A DNA stretch of 64,000 bases, taken from the NCBI GenBank assembly GCA_032123355.1, contig JAQBFM010000215.1, positions 9,325 through 73,324 on the forward strand, in the 5' to 3' direction. A program made the translations under genes and the position numbers. This document shows positions 19,692 through 29,696 of the stretch, piece by piece (within the stretch, counting starts at the first letter, position 1; each line of letters starts with the position of its first letter). The stretch is from Lentisphaerales bacterium. GTDB taxonomy: Bacteria; Verrucomicrobiota; Kiritimatiellia; SPBP01. The notes beneath the pieces are model-generated. The model did not search any database, was not told where the DNA came from, and saw only the letters and a program-made list of their open reading frames with translations.

Positions 19692-22600
19692 CTATTCCTT
19701 GCGCAGTGCATTCAACAGATTGCCACGCAGCGCAAAACGAACGGCGATCCAGGTCAATAGCAGCCCGATCAACAGAATTCCTGCAAGAATTGCGGTGAGC
19801 AGGCCGATGGGTGCCTTGACCGCAGGTGACAGAAATGCCGGCACCATCGCAACACCTGCCGCGATGGTTCCAGTCATTACCCCGACAACAAGAAGAGTTC
19901 CGTGTTCTCGGAGGACCATGGTCTCAAGTGCCGATCTGCTGAAACCCAGAGCCCTGAGAAGCGCGAACTCGCTTCTGCGCTCAAGTACGTTGCGCAGCAC
20001 GGCTATGCCTACCCCGAGACTTCCGACAATCAGGCCAAGCCCGCCAAGTGCCAGGAACATGGCCAGGTATGTGCTCTCAATAGAGTAAAACTCCTGCAGC
20101 CGTTCAGTGGTGCCGGAAACCATCAGCCCGAACATATCCAGTCCTGACGTCAACGCCGCCTTGACTGGCTCCTGCCCGCCTTCTGGAACATCGACAAGGA
20201 ACAGACGGTATCCGCTTTCCGATGGATATAGTTTTGTGAATGCTTCTTCTGAAACAAGCAGTGCGCCCTGGAACACGGAGAGCTTCATGGGTAGTGTCCC
20301 GACAAGCCGCACCTTGAATTCCGTTCCGCGTTCATCCGTGTAAACCAACGTGTCTCCGTTCTCCGGTCCGGTCTTGGCCTCGAGTCCCCACATCGCCGTG
20401 TTAACATCTCCGGCAAGAGCCGGAACAGAACCATCATCCGTATCCTGTTCGAGCAAGGCCCAGATATCCGGGCCGCGCTCGGCCACGAATGCACGTCTCG
20501 CGGAAAGATCAGCCGGGTTCACGGCCACCAGCCGGGGAGTGCGTGCGCGATTCAAGTTGAAACAACTTGCGTCATCGCCATCGTGAATCCGGCATGCTAC
20601 GAATTCAACGCCCTCCAGTCGCGCATCAGGTCTCAGTCCGAACCTGCTGAACCCGTCCTTTTCAACGGACTCATACATAAGGGGCAGTGAAGCCTCGGCA
20701 TACAGTTCGAACCCGCCCGTTCCAGACCAGCGTTCGCCTGCATTCAACGTCATGTCTTCCTTCATGGAGGAAACGCCGAAAACAAGAAAACATCCGCACG
20801 CGAGCGAGCCGACCACCGTCAGACTGCGCGACGGCCGCCGGGCTATGTTCCGAATGCCCAGCCCGGCCGCAGCAAGGTGTGCCGGGTCCGGTTCAATACG
20901 ACCCAATCGGTTTATGAACCACTGAACGAGGCAGATGCCGGCAATTAACAGCAGCGAACCAGCCGCGAAGAACGGCATAACGGGTTGCTCCCTGCCGGCC
21001 CCTATAGTGGCGGCCAGTATTCCGATAACCCCTGCGAATGCCAGAATACCGAGCCATCCACTGATACGAGACCGGCGCGTCGACAACCTTGCCACGGGCC
21101 CGCCGAAGTTCGAGGCCAGCAGCTCCCGAATGTTGTCACGCATGTGGCCGAGAACGGCAAACCCCATCGCGATCAGTGCACACACAAATGCCGCGATCGC
21201 ACCAATCGCCGCCGTCCTGGGTTCGGCATAATAGTGCACCGCTGAGCCCGCCACCGCGCCCTGCCAGTACCGACCCAGCATCCAGATCATGCCGCGACCA
21301 TACAATACGCCGAGCGGAACACCGGCAAGGACTCCCGCGCCGGCAACGAGTCCACCCTCCAGCAGCAACAGGGCGTAGACACGCGCACGCCTGTAACCGA
21401 CAGCAAGCAGGAGCCCGATCTGCTCGGCCCTCTGCTGCACCCCGAACACGAACAGCATACCGGTCAGCAACAGAGCCGAGATAATCAGGAAGAAGCTCAT
21501 CCCCAGAAAAAGCTCGCCGAGATTCATCGACTCAGAAACAGCACGCACGGCATCTTCTCTGACCGCCCCGAAAACGAGCCCGAGCCGGGCCGGATCTACT
21601 TCGTCACTAAGCATCCCGTCCACGTCATCCCGGCTGTCTTTCCCCGCTTCGAACCGAACTCCTGTCAGTTCACCGAACCTGTTCGCCCACATCTCACGAC
21701 CAGCGTTCAACGTGACAAATGCTTTCGGCGTCTGCCGATATCGATTCCAGTACTCCTCGTTAGGCTTGTCGGCAAGTTTGTCCTCATCCATCGGCATCCC
21801 GATATCCCAATCCCTGCATGACTCAACGTTGGATAGCCCCGGAAACTCCGGCATAAGATCCTGTTCGGTCGCCAGCAGATCCATCGGAACAATGCCGCGA
21901 ACAGTGAATCTGCTGGATCGCTCAATGAACTCATTTGAGGCTGAGAACTCGTAGTAGGCAACAGTCAGGATGTCGCCCGGCTCTGCCGCAAGCTGGTCGG
22001 CAAGCCAACGGTTGACGATAATCTCATCGTCATTCATGTCGGCCGGAATCATGCTGAGTCCCTGCTCCCTGCCCGGCGCACAGGCGACCGCAAACGAATA
22101 AGGCGTGGTTCTTGCGTTCTGGCCTTCGCCTTTCGAGATCGAGTTCACCAGGTAGGTCAGCGTGCCGACTGTGCCGGTTCGGCTTAATGCGACAGATGCC
22201 ACGGCGGGATCAAGAAATATCCTGTCGCTCTCGAGCTGCAGGACAAGCCCGTCCTTCGATTCGCGCAGGCTCAGTCCGGCATCTGTCGGGCGCCATGCTT
22301 CACGCAATACCCCAGCAAGACTTTCGGAGGAGAAGGCCTGTCCTTCGGTCCGCCCCACCAGTAGAATGTTTGAACGCCCGTCGAGCTCAGCGCTCCGCTG
22401 AAGCCGCGAACGTCGCACGAACGCGTTGTAGGGCGCAACCTGGCTCGCCGACAGACTGAACCGGCCAAGTTCTGAATCGGGCACGATGTATTCGACAACC
22501 AGGCTGATTCGCCTTGAAAATGCGTCCTTCCGCGACGAGAGCGGCGCGTCCGCGGGAACAATACCCGGCTTCCCCACACGAAGCGACAGGTCATCGCCAA

Positions 22601-23030
22601 TCTTCAAATCGAGTTCCGCGGCAAGTTTCCTGCTCACGGCTACTCCCGATTCGGTCAAATCCGGTGCAGTACCTTCGCCGAACTGCCAGAACCGGGAATC
22701 AACACCGAGCACCTCGACACGATTGACCTGTCGATCGGCCGATCCGAGCGCGATCCCGGTCAATCTCAGGACCGCAGCCGTGGGAACATCTGCTGCGCGA
22801 TTCAACCGCTCCGCCAGGTCATCGCTGAAGAACCTGCTCCTGGCATCTATCGCATACTCGATTCCGCCGAGTCGTGTCAGGGCAGCCTGTGCCAGAGAAT
22901 ACTTCGCCGAATCCCCTACAAGCATCGACCCTACCAGCACGGCGGTCGAGAAAGAGGCGCCCAGCAGCACGCCAAGATGCGCCCTCCAGTAGAATCGCAG
23001 GCTTCGGAGCACAAATCGCAGCATGTTCAA
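19692..23030 (-). CDS. FtsX-family ABC permease with two FtsX domains (YbbP/LolE-like, 1112 aa)
   Basis: Each half has an N-terminal TM segment, a large extracytoplasmic loop and three TM helices, and the architecture is duplicated. The ATGA overlap with the upstream ATPase implies coupling. Confidence 0.8.
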   Translation of the reverse strand: MNMLRFVLRSLRFYWRAHLGVLLGASFSTAVLVGSMLVGDSAKYSLAQAALTRLGGIEYAIDARSRFFSDDLAERLNRAADVPTAAVLRLTGIALGSADRQVNRVEVLGVDSRFWQFGEGTAPDLTESGVAVSRKLAAELDLKIGDDLSLRVGKPGIVPADAPLSSRKDAFSRRISLVVEYIVPDSELGRFSLSASQVAPYNAFVRRSRLQRSAELDGRSNILLVGRTEGQAFSSESLAGVLREAWRPTDAGLSLRESKDGLVLQLESDRIFLDPAVASVALSRTGTVGTLTYLVNSISKGEGQNARTTPYSFAVACAPGREQGLSMIPADMNDDEIIVNRWLADQLAAEPGDILTVAYYEFSASNEFIERSSRFTVRGIVPMDLLATEQDLMPEFPGLSNVESCRDWDIGMPMDEDKLADKPNEEYWNRYRQTPKAFVTLNAGREMWANRFGELTGVRFEAGKDSRDDVDGMLSDEVDPARLGLVFGAVREDAVRAVSESMNLGELFLGMSFFLIISALLLTGMLFVFGVQQRAEQIGLLLAVGYRRARVYALLLLEGGLVAGAGVLAGVPLGVLYGRGMIWMLGRYWQGAVAGSAVHYYAEPRTAAIGAIAAFVCALIAMGFAVLGHMRDNIRELLASNFGGPVARLSTRRSRISGWLGILAFAGVIGILAATIGAGREQPVMPFFAAGSLLLIAGICLVQWFINRLGRIEPDPAHLAAAGLGIRNIARRPSRSLTVVGSLACGCFLVFGVSSMKEDMTLNAGERWSGTGGFELYAEASLPLMYESVEKDGFSRFGLRPDARLEGVEFVACRIHDGDDASCFNLNRARTPRLVAVNPADLSARRAFVAERGPDIWALLEQDTDDGSVPALAGDVNTAMWGLEAKTGPENGDTLVYTDERGTEFKVRLVGTLPMKLSVFQGALLVSEEAFTKLYPSESGYRLFLVDVPEGGQEPVKAALTSGLDMFGLMVSGTTERLQEFYSIESTYLAMFLALGGLGLIVGSLGVGIAVLRNVLERRSEFALLRALGFSRSALETMVLREHGTLLVVGVMTGTIAAGVAMVPAFLSPAVKAPIGLLTAILAGILLIGLLLTWIAVRFALRGNLLNALRKE

Positions 23031-23707
23031 ATCAAATCCTCAACCAGCCGACCTTCCCGCAGCACAATTGATCGGCCCATGTTGCGCGCCAGTGGAGGAG
23101 AGTGGGTTACCAGTACCAATGTGACGTTCTCTTCCCGGTTAAGCTCCACAAGCAATGAGGACAACGCCGCTGCATTATCCTCATCCAGAGACCCCGTCGG
23201 CTCATCGGCCAACAGAAGGCGCGGCCGGTTTATCAGCGCACGTACTACAGCCACACGCTGACATTCGCCGCCCGACAGCTGACCCGGCCGATACGAGATA
23301 CGCTGCGAGAGTCCCACGCGTTCAAGAAGTGCCACGGCCCTGGTCCGGGCCTGTGCCATTTCACCCGTGATCACTGCCGGCACCAGCACGTTTTCGAGCA
23401 CCGTGCACTGGGGAAGAAGATGATGAAGCTGGAAGATGAATCCGAGCTTTCGGCTGCGCAGTGCTGCAAGACGCCGGTCATCCAGCTGCGAGATATCTTC
23501 ACCGTCGAATATAATCGTGCCGGCCGTCGGCCGGTCCAGTGCACCCATTATATTGAGGAGTGTACTCTTGCCCGATCCGGACGGACCCGTTACCGCAATC
23601 GTCTCGCCCGGTTCCACGCACAGGTCGATTCCTTTCAACACCGGAACATCGAGTCCGGCGGGTGATAAGTAGGTCTTCGTTATTCCTGACATTGTCAGCA
23701 GCGGCAT
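23027..23707 (-). CDS. ABC transporter ATP-binding protein (LolD/MacB/YbbA-like)
   Basis: Walker A GPSGSGKST, Q-loop, signature LSGGECQR, Walker B LLLADEPTGSLD. Start chosen at MPLLTMSGITKTY; the ORF extends to 23782. Confidence 0.85.
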   Translation of the reverse strand: MPLLTMSGITKTYLSPAGLDVPVLKGIDLCVEPGETIAVTGPSGSGKSTLLNIMGALDRPTAGTIIFDGEDISQLDDRRLAALRSRKLGFIFQLHHLLPQCTVLENVLVPAVITGEMAQARTRAVALLERVGLSQRISYRPGQLSGGECQRVAVVRALINRPRLLLADEPTGSLDEDNAAALSSLLVELNREENVTLVLVTHSPPLARNMGRSIVLREGRLVEDLI

Positions 23708-23735
23708 TGGGACATCCTCGGTTCTGTCCAGTGTG

Positions 23736-24887
23736 TCAGTCTTCCTTTTCGGCGGGCCCGAATGCAACAATGAACCCGTCATCGGTGCCGACAGCCATCA
23801 TGCCGTCGGCAAGAGCCGGGGATGTTATCTCGTCTGAGATCGGCTGCTCCCAGATCTTTTCGCCGTTCGTAAGCCTCAGAAGCACAAGCCTGCCGCCGGT
23901 AGAAACGGCGACCTTATCGCCGGCGATAGTCGGCGAAGAACAACCTGGTTCGTTCGACTTGTAGGTCCATCGCGTTTTGCCGGTCCCTCGTTCTATGCCG
24001 TAAACATCTGCTGCCGCCGCCACGATCAATTCTTTTGAGACGGCGGGGGTTGTAAACATTTCCTCCTTGCCATCGATGTTCTGCCAGATGATCCGGCCGG
24101 TATCAATATCCGCGCAGACCAGTGCACCGCTCCTGGATCCGACCCAGCAAAGGTTACCGTCAAGCGCAGCGCCCGCCGCAACCTGGCTGTTCTCTCCAAG
24201 TTCAACCGCCACCAGTTGCTTTCCGGAATCGGCCGCCAGCACGTGCAATGCCGAAACACAGCTTCCGAAAACGATCTTTGCGGCGCCAACCGACGGGTAT
24301 GTATCCGCCCGACCAATCCCTTCGGATTTCCACTTCAGTTCGCCGGTCACCTGGTTAACGCAGTGGATGACCCCGTCGGGCTGTGTCAGGACGATGATGG
24401 CCGACTCTTTCTCTTCGCCGATCACCAGCTGGTTCGGCGTTCCCCATATCGGCTGGCCCGTATCGTATTCCCAGCCCGGCTCACCGGTGCGCAGGTTGAA
24501 GGAATGGAGTCGGCCGCGCATGGAACCTGCTACGAGTTTATCCCCGGAAACCAGTGGAGACGCCTTTAACGAATCGTTCGTTTCCGAAAAGCTCTTGCGC
24601 CAGACGACCTCGCCCTTCCTGTCCAGGACGCCAACCATGCCATCAGAGGTCGTGAAGCAGACGAACCCACCGGAGATGACCGGTGCGGAGTCCACGGATT
24701 CCCCTACTCTCGTCTTCCATAACTGTACCGGCTTATCCGGCAGTTCGACATCGAGTATTCCAGTCAGCCCGCTGTTCCCGTGAAATGTTGTCCATCCTGC
24801 ATCATCTGCCGCGCCCGACCCGGACCATACCGCGACAGCAAGCAGTACCATGCAGTTGAAGAGCCTCGTTTGCGCTCGCGTCCTCAT
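23736..24887 (-). CDS. Secreted PQQ-like beta-propeller repeat protein (BamB-like fold)
   Basis: Signal peptide MRTRAQTRLFNCMVLLAVAVWSGSGAA followed by repeated ~40-aa blades with G..VW motifs. The start is uncertain (the ORF extends to 24968). Confidence 0.7.
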   Translation of the reverse strand: MRTRAQTRLFNCMVLLAVAVWSGSGAADDAGWTTFHGNSGLTGILDVELPDKPVQLWKTRVGESVDSAPVISGGFVCFTTSDGMVGVLDRKGEVVWRKSFSETNDSLKASPLVSGDKLVAGSMRGRLHSFNLRTGEPGWEYDTGQPIWGTPNQLVIGEEKESAIIVLTQPDGVIHCVNQVTGELKWKSEGIGRADTYPSVGAAKIVFGSCVSALHVLAADSGKQLVAVELGENSQVAAGAALDGNLCWVGSRSGALVCADIDTGRIIWQNIDGKEEMFTTPAVSKELIVAAAADVYGIERGTGKTRWTYKSNEPGCSSPTIAGDKVAVSTGGRLVLLRLTNGEKIWEQPISDEITSPALADGMMAVGTDDGFIVAFGPAEKED

Positions 24888-24949
24888 GCCAACCAGTTTG
24901 CCAGAAAGCCGGTGCTTCGACAAGAACCTCTGCTGACATTCTGGGGGGA

Positions 24950-25195
24950 CTGCAGGACCACGGGACAACGGGACTACGAACCACGGATGAACACGGATGC
25001 GAACTGCAAGTGTGGGCCACGAATCGGCAGAAACCCACGCCCCGTCCCGTCAGGCCAGAGACCCCTCCCGACGGGCCGCTTCCCTATTCTGTTTCCTTTG
25101 TGGCTTTTGTGCCTCTTTGTGGCTATCGACAGTATCGGCGTCTATCTGCGTTCATCGGCGGTCGCTTTCGAATGTCTCGGGCGGGCAGCTCCGCA
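24950..25195. repeat. Mosaic intergenic repeat region (modules M7, M6)
   Basis: GGACTACGAACCACGGATGAACACGGAT occurs here and, inverted, at 29548-29585. GTGCCTCTTTGTGGCTATC...ATCGGCGTCTATC.GCGTTCATCGGCGG also occurs at 38950-39010 and partly at 29650-29700. Confidence 0.7.
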
Positions 25196-25197
25196 GA

Positions 25198-26385
25198 TTA
25201 CCAGGCTCGGCAGACAAGACCCTTGAGATAGGCGGCTTCAGGAAAGCCGAGGGCCACCGGATGATCAGCCGCCTGGCTCAGGAACCGGATAATCTGCGCG
25301 TCGCGCCCGGCATCCACCGCCGCATCAGCAACAATCTTCTGAAACAACGGCTGTTGCACGTAACTGGAACACGAAAACGTGAAGAGCACACCACCCGGCT
25401 TCACAAGCTTGATACCCAGCAGATTGATGTCCTTGTATCCCCGCGCCGCGCCGGGCACGCCGCTGGCCGACGACGCGAACCTTGGCGGATCGAGAATCAC
25501 AATGTCGAACTGGCGCCGTGAGTCCCTGTACTTCCTGAGGACCTCGAACACATCGCCTTCAACGTTCGCCACGAGCCCGGGCTCTAAGCCGTTAAGCTCC
25601 ACGTTGCGTGCAGCCAGGGCGAGCGCTTCGCCGGAGACGTCAATATTCGTTACATGCGATGCGCCTTCTTTCAATGCCCTGACACCGAACGCGCCGGTGT
25701 AAGAAAAGCAGTTGAGCACCTCGGCGCCGCCCGCGAACCCGGCAACCATCGCGCGGTTGTCGCGCTGGTCAAGATAGAAACCCGTCTTCTGCCCATGTCG
25801 AACATCCACCAGCAATCGAGCCGACCCCTCGGTTATTTCGACGGCATCCGGTGGTTCCTTGCCTGAGAGCAGACCCTCGCGCGGCTGGAGCCCCTCTTTC
25901 TGGCGTGCGTCGTCGGACGATCGCTCAAAGAGCCCGGCAACCGAACCTGTGTCGGCGAGAAACTCAACAATAGTATCCCGCCAGTACTCCGCGCCTGCAG
26001 ACAGGAATTGACAGACTCCGAATTCTCCGTACCGGTCAACCATGAGCCCGGGAATGCCGTCCGACTCCGAGAAGACCAGGCGGCAAGCCGTCGTATTGCA
26101 CTCGCGAAGCAGGCTGTCCCTCGCCTCAACAGCACGACGCAGACGGGCTTGAATGAACTCCGCGCAGATCTTCTCCCCTTCCTGGAAGGACCATGCTCTT
26201 ACGCGGATCTGCGAACCGGGCGAGTAGGCGCCCGCAGCCAGCCATTCGCCGCCAGCCGATAATACATCCACTGTTTCGCCGGGGCTTATGGATCCATCGA
26301 CGCGGCCTATCGCACCTTCAAAAATCCACGGATGCCGACGACGGAGCGACTTGTCGCGGCCTTTTCTGAGAGTTACCGAGCCCAT
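25198..26385 (-). CDS. rlmI: Class I SAM-dependent rRNA methyltransferase (RlmI/RlmK-like, PUA + MTase)
   Basis: N-terminal PUA-like region (RHPWIFEGAI...). MTase motifs VLNCFSYTGAFG and DIVILDPPRFA. Confidence 0.8.
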   Translation of the reverse strand: MGSVTLRKGRDKSLRRRHPWIFEGAIGRVDGSISPGETVDVLSAGGEWLAAGAYSPGSQIRVRAWSFQEGEKICAEFIQARLRRAVEARDSLLRECNTTACRLVFSESDGIPGLMVDRYGEFGVCQFLSAGAEYWRDTIVEFLADTGSVAGLFERSSDDARQKEGLQPREGLLSGKEPPDAVEITEGSARLLVDVRHGQKTGFYLDQRDNRAMVAGFAGGAEVLNCFSYTGAFGVRALKEGASHVTNIDVSGEALALAARNVELNGLEPGLVANVEGDVFEVLRKYRDSRRQFDIVILDPPRFASSASGVPGAARGYKDINLLGIKLVKPGGVLFTFSCSSYVQQPLFQKIVADAAVDAGRDAQIIRFLSQAADHPVALGFPEAAYLKGLVCRAW

Positions 26386-26493
26386 GTGCCAGTATCCGAT
26401 GGTTCGACCCGTGCCGGGAACTACCCACGACCTAGAAGGTACGGGTCCGTCCTTCGCGGCCCTTGCGTCCTTCTGTAGAAGAAACGCTTCCGC

Positions 26494-27261
26494 CTATGAT
26501 CGATACTCGGCAACGATTCTCTGCCTTGCAGCCCAGAGAATGCCGCGCTTCACTATCTCGAGGGCTTCCGGCACGTCGAAATCGGCGGCCACATGCCCCA
26601 GCGAAGTGTAGAACACGCGGCCCTTGCCGTATATCCGCTTCCACACCGCCGGCATGACCGTGTTCCGAACCCACGGCACACCGCCATGTCGTCCGCTGAA
26701 AGTCGTTGTGGCAATCACTTCATTGCCCGGATCAGTATGCATGTAGTACTGCTCGGAGCTCAAACTGAAATCGGCGAGGTTCGCGGTAATCGGATCTTTG
26801 CGATCAGTAATATTTACTTTGTACCGGACTATGCCGCCGGGATGCACGACCCACTGCCCGCCGGTCATGAACTGATACTCCGTGTCGTTCCGAAACGAAT
26901 CGCACATGCCCCCATGCCAGCCTGCCAGCCCGATCCCACTCCGGATCGCGTCGCGAAGCGCCTGGCTCTGCTCTCCCGTGATCTGACCCATGGTCCATAT
27001 GGGGACGATCACCGACTGACGCGCAATCAGTTTCTTATCGAGATATGTATCGAGAGAATTGGAAACCGTGACTGTGAACCCCCTGGACACAAGCCATGTC
27101 TCGATAATGCGCGCGCATTTATCGGGTTCGTGTCCTTCCCACCCGCCCCACACGATCAACGCCGATCTCTTTGCCGATTTCTTTGCGGCTCTCTTTACTG
27201 ATTTCTTTACCCGTTTCTTTGCCGGTTTCTTCATTGTGCCCTTGTCTCCCTTGTCGGCCAA
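26494..27261 (-). CDS. ThuA-domain protein (DUF1037) with Lys-rich N-terminal extension
   Basis: ThuA core [13 protein letters not shown] ... GQWVVHPGG ... YTSLGH. The 5' ~70 nt are built from a 12-bp tandem repeat encoding [23 protein letters not shown]. An alternative in-frame TTG start at ~27165 would remove the extension. Confidence 0.7.
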   Translation of the reverse strand: MADKGDKGTMKKPAKKRVKKSVKRAAKKSAKRSALIVWGGWEGHEPDKCARIIETWLVSRGFTVTVSNSLDTYLDKKLIARQSVIVPIWTMGQITGEQSQALRDAIRSGIGLAGWHGGMCDSFRNDTEYQFMTGGQWVVHPGGIVRYKVNITDRKDPITANLADFSLSSEQYYMHTDPGNEVIATTTFSGRHGGVPWVRNTVMPAVWKRIYGKGRVFYTSLGHVAADFDVPEALEIVKRGILWAARQRIVAEYRS

Positions 27262-27745
27262 CCCGTCCCGTTGCGTCAGAACGACCTCTCGATAAGAATT
27301 GCGCGGACACTACATCCGCACGTGGGTCCGGTCAAGCTTTGTCCTTGCAGTCACAAATATGGTGACGTATTCGTTGCGGCTCAGCCTGAGGCTTCGCCCT
27401 ACCTTTCACCGTACATGCAGGTCGAGGTGTCCTGCCCTGAACCGTGGCCGGAGGGGCGTAGCGAATTGTGCGTGGCCACGGAACGCGAAGCAGGAATAGC
27501 AGCACTATGTCGATGCAGCGTGACGCTGGCCATGCGCAATACAGTAGCCAAAACGCCTACAGTATTGTTGAAACTGATCTAGCTCGGCATATTTCATGAG
27601 TGGTTCTACCTGCGTGCGTCAGGCAGGTCACGGCCGTTGCCCGCGTTTCCGGCTGCCCCATCTTCGGGAGCAGTTTGGGCTTTCTCGTCAGGCATCAGCG
27701 GATTAGAGTATCGAGCTTAATCATTCCAGGGGAGAAAATCATACG

Positions 27746-28984
27746 ATGCAAACATCACTCAGAATCGCGGCAGTTTCGGTAACGGCATGCCTTATGGCTG
27801 TCCAACTTGTTGCAGCGCCTCAGCTCTTGATGCGAAGCGTTGTGGAGCCCGACTGGCCGAGTTGGCGAGGACCGAACCACAATGGCATATCCCCGGAAAA
27901 GGACTGGAACCCGGCGGCACTTGCTGACGGCCCGAAGAAGTTGTGGCAGGCGAATGTCGGAAAAGGCTACTCGGCCGTGGCCGTGAAGGGCGAGAACCTC
28001 TATACAATGGGAAATAGCGAAGACCAGGACACGGTCTACTGTTTCAATGCGGTAACCGGCGCCGAAATCTGGCGTTACTCATACCCGTGCAAGAGCGGCG
28101 ACTTCCCAGGGCCGCGCGCGACGCCCTGCGTTGACGGCAATTCTGTTTATACCATCAGCCGCGAAGGGCTGGTCTTGTGCCTGGATGCGGCCAAGGGCGC
28201 TGTTGTGTGGCAGAAAGATGTCGTCTCTGAGCTGGGCGCAAAGTTGCCGACCTGGGGCATTTCTGGTTCGCCGGTCGTGCATGGCGACATGCTTCTGCTC
28301 AATGTCGGTGAATCGGGCGCCGCGCTGGACAAGAAGACCGGCGACAAGATCTGGGCAAGTGCGCCCGAGACCTGCGGGTATGCCTCACCCGTCGTCATCC
28401 CGTCCCCCATTTCACAGACCGTCCTGTTCTTCGGTGCAAGAGCTCTGCATGTTGCCGATCTCAAGACCGGCGAGAAGCTGCAATCGTACAAATGGATAAC
28501 ATCCTATGACGTAAATGCGCCCGATCCGCTGCCCGTTGGAAATAATCGGGTCTTCATTACGTCCGGTTACGGTAAAGGCAACGCGATGCTGGATATCGGG
28601 AAAGCCACGCCATCTGTTGTCTGGGAACACAAGAAGCTCAGCAGTCATTTCGGAAGTCTCATACTGATCGACGGCTACATCTACGGAAGTGATGGGAATG
28701 CAGGTCGCGGCTCACTGGTATGCCTGAAAGCATCGGATGGCTCGGAACAGTGGCGGCAGAACACCGGTTTATGCTCTATCACTGCAGCAGGAGGACGGCT
28801 GATTGTTCTATCTGAAAGCGGCGACCTGTCCATCGTGGAAGTCAACCCATCTGAATACAAGGAAATCTCGAGCGCAAAGGGGCTGCTCCAGAAGACATGC
28901 TGGACCGCACCAGTCCTGTGTCGCGGTCTCATATACTGCCGCAGGGATAACGGCGACCTGGTCTGCATTGACGTGAGGAAGTAG
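27746..28984 (+). CDS. Secreted PQQ-like beta-propeller repeat protein (second paralog)
   Basis: Signal peptide MQTSLRIAAVSVTACLMAVQLVAA followed by blade repeats with G..IW/VW motifs. Confidence 0.7.
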   Translation: MQTSLRIAAVSVTACLMAVQLVAAPQLLMRSVVEPDWPSWRGPNHNGISPEKDWNPAALADGPKKLWQANVGKGYSAVAVKGENLYTMGNSEDQDTVYCFNAVTGAEIWRYSYPCKSGDFPGPRATPCVDGNSVYTISREGLVLCLDAAKGAVVWQKDVVSELGAKLPTWGISGSPVVHGDMLLLNVGESGAALDKKTGDKIWASAPETCGYASPVVIPSPISQTVLFFGARALHVADLKTGEKLQSYKWITSYDVNAPDPLPVGNNRVFITSGYGKGNAMLDIGKATPSVVWEHKKLSSHFGSLILIDGYIYGSDGNAGRGSLVCLKASDGSEQWRQNTGLCSITAAGGRLIVLSESGDLSIVEVNPSEYKEISSAKGLLQKTCWTAPVLCRGLIYCRRDNGDLVCIDVRK

Positions 28985-29304
28985 CAAGACGTCCGCCGAG
29001 CCTGGTAATCTACGGCTTTAGCTTCTTGCCTTCGGGTGAGGTGGTGTTGGGCTTGCCAGCAGTTCTGCGAGCGGATTTCGCGTGGAGAATGGCAAGACGA
29101 TCCTGCGCGCTCGCGGCGTTCTCTCGGGTCGTGCGTAGGACCTCAAATACCTGACAGGATGAACAGGATGTATTCGATCCTGTAGATCCCGATCAATTGC
29201 AGTTGGTCAACTGCCTTGGTAACAGGGCAGGTGAACAACTGTATCGCAAGGCAACAAGTCCCCGTTCCCGCGATCGTGGCAGGAAGCATTTCGGAATGAA
29301 GATT

Positions 29305-29349
29305 CTGGAGATCCAAAGGCTGCGGCATGCCGCAGCTTTGGATCTCCAG
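29305..29349. terminator. Near-perfect 45-bp palindrome between convergent genes (candidate bidirectional terminator)
   Basis: CTGGAGATCCAAAGGCTGCGG-CATG-CCGCAGCTTTGGATCTCCAG forms a ~20-bp stem with one bulge. It has no T-tract. Confidence 0.4.
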
Positions 29350-29399
29350 ATCAGATCGACAAGATAATCGTGCCTGGCCCGCAAGGCGGGGACCATCCT

Positions 29400-29696
29400 G
29401 TTATCCTGTCAGGCATTTCTTCTTTGTGCCTTTTGCGCCTCTTTCCTCCAGAGGCGGACAAGTGTGGCTGGTCTTGCTGGAGAAGCGGCGCGGCGGGAGG
29501 GCTTGTGGCCTGGCGGGACGTTGTCTCTCACTCACACACTTGCAGTTCCCATCCGTGTATATCCGTGTTCATCCGTGGTTCGTAGTCCTGCTTGCCCCGC
29601 GTTTATCGCGGGGTAGTCCTTCGCGGTCTTCGCGTCCTTCTGTAAAAGAAAGGTATTCATCGGCGTCTATCGGCGTTCATCGGCGGTTGCAGGTCT
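29400..29696. repeat. Mosaic intergenic repeat region (modules M6, M7 inverted, M8)
   Basis: It shares modules with 24950-25195, 26455-26492 and 38880-39010 in mixed orientation. Confidence 0.7.
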
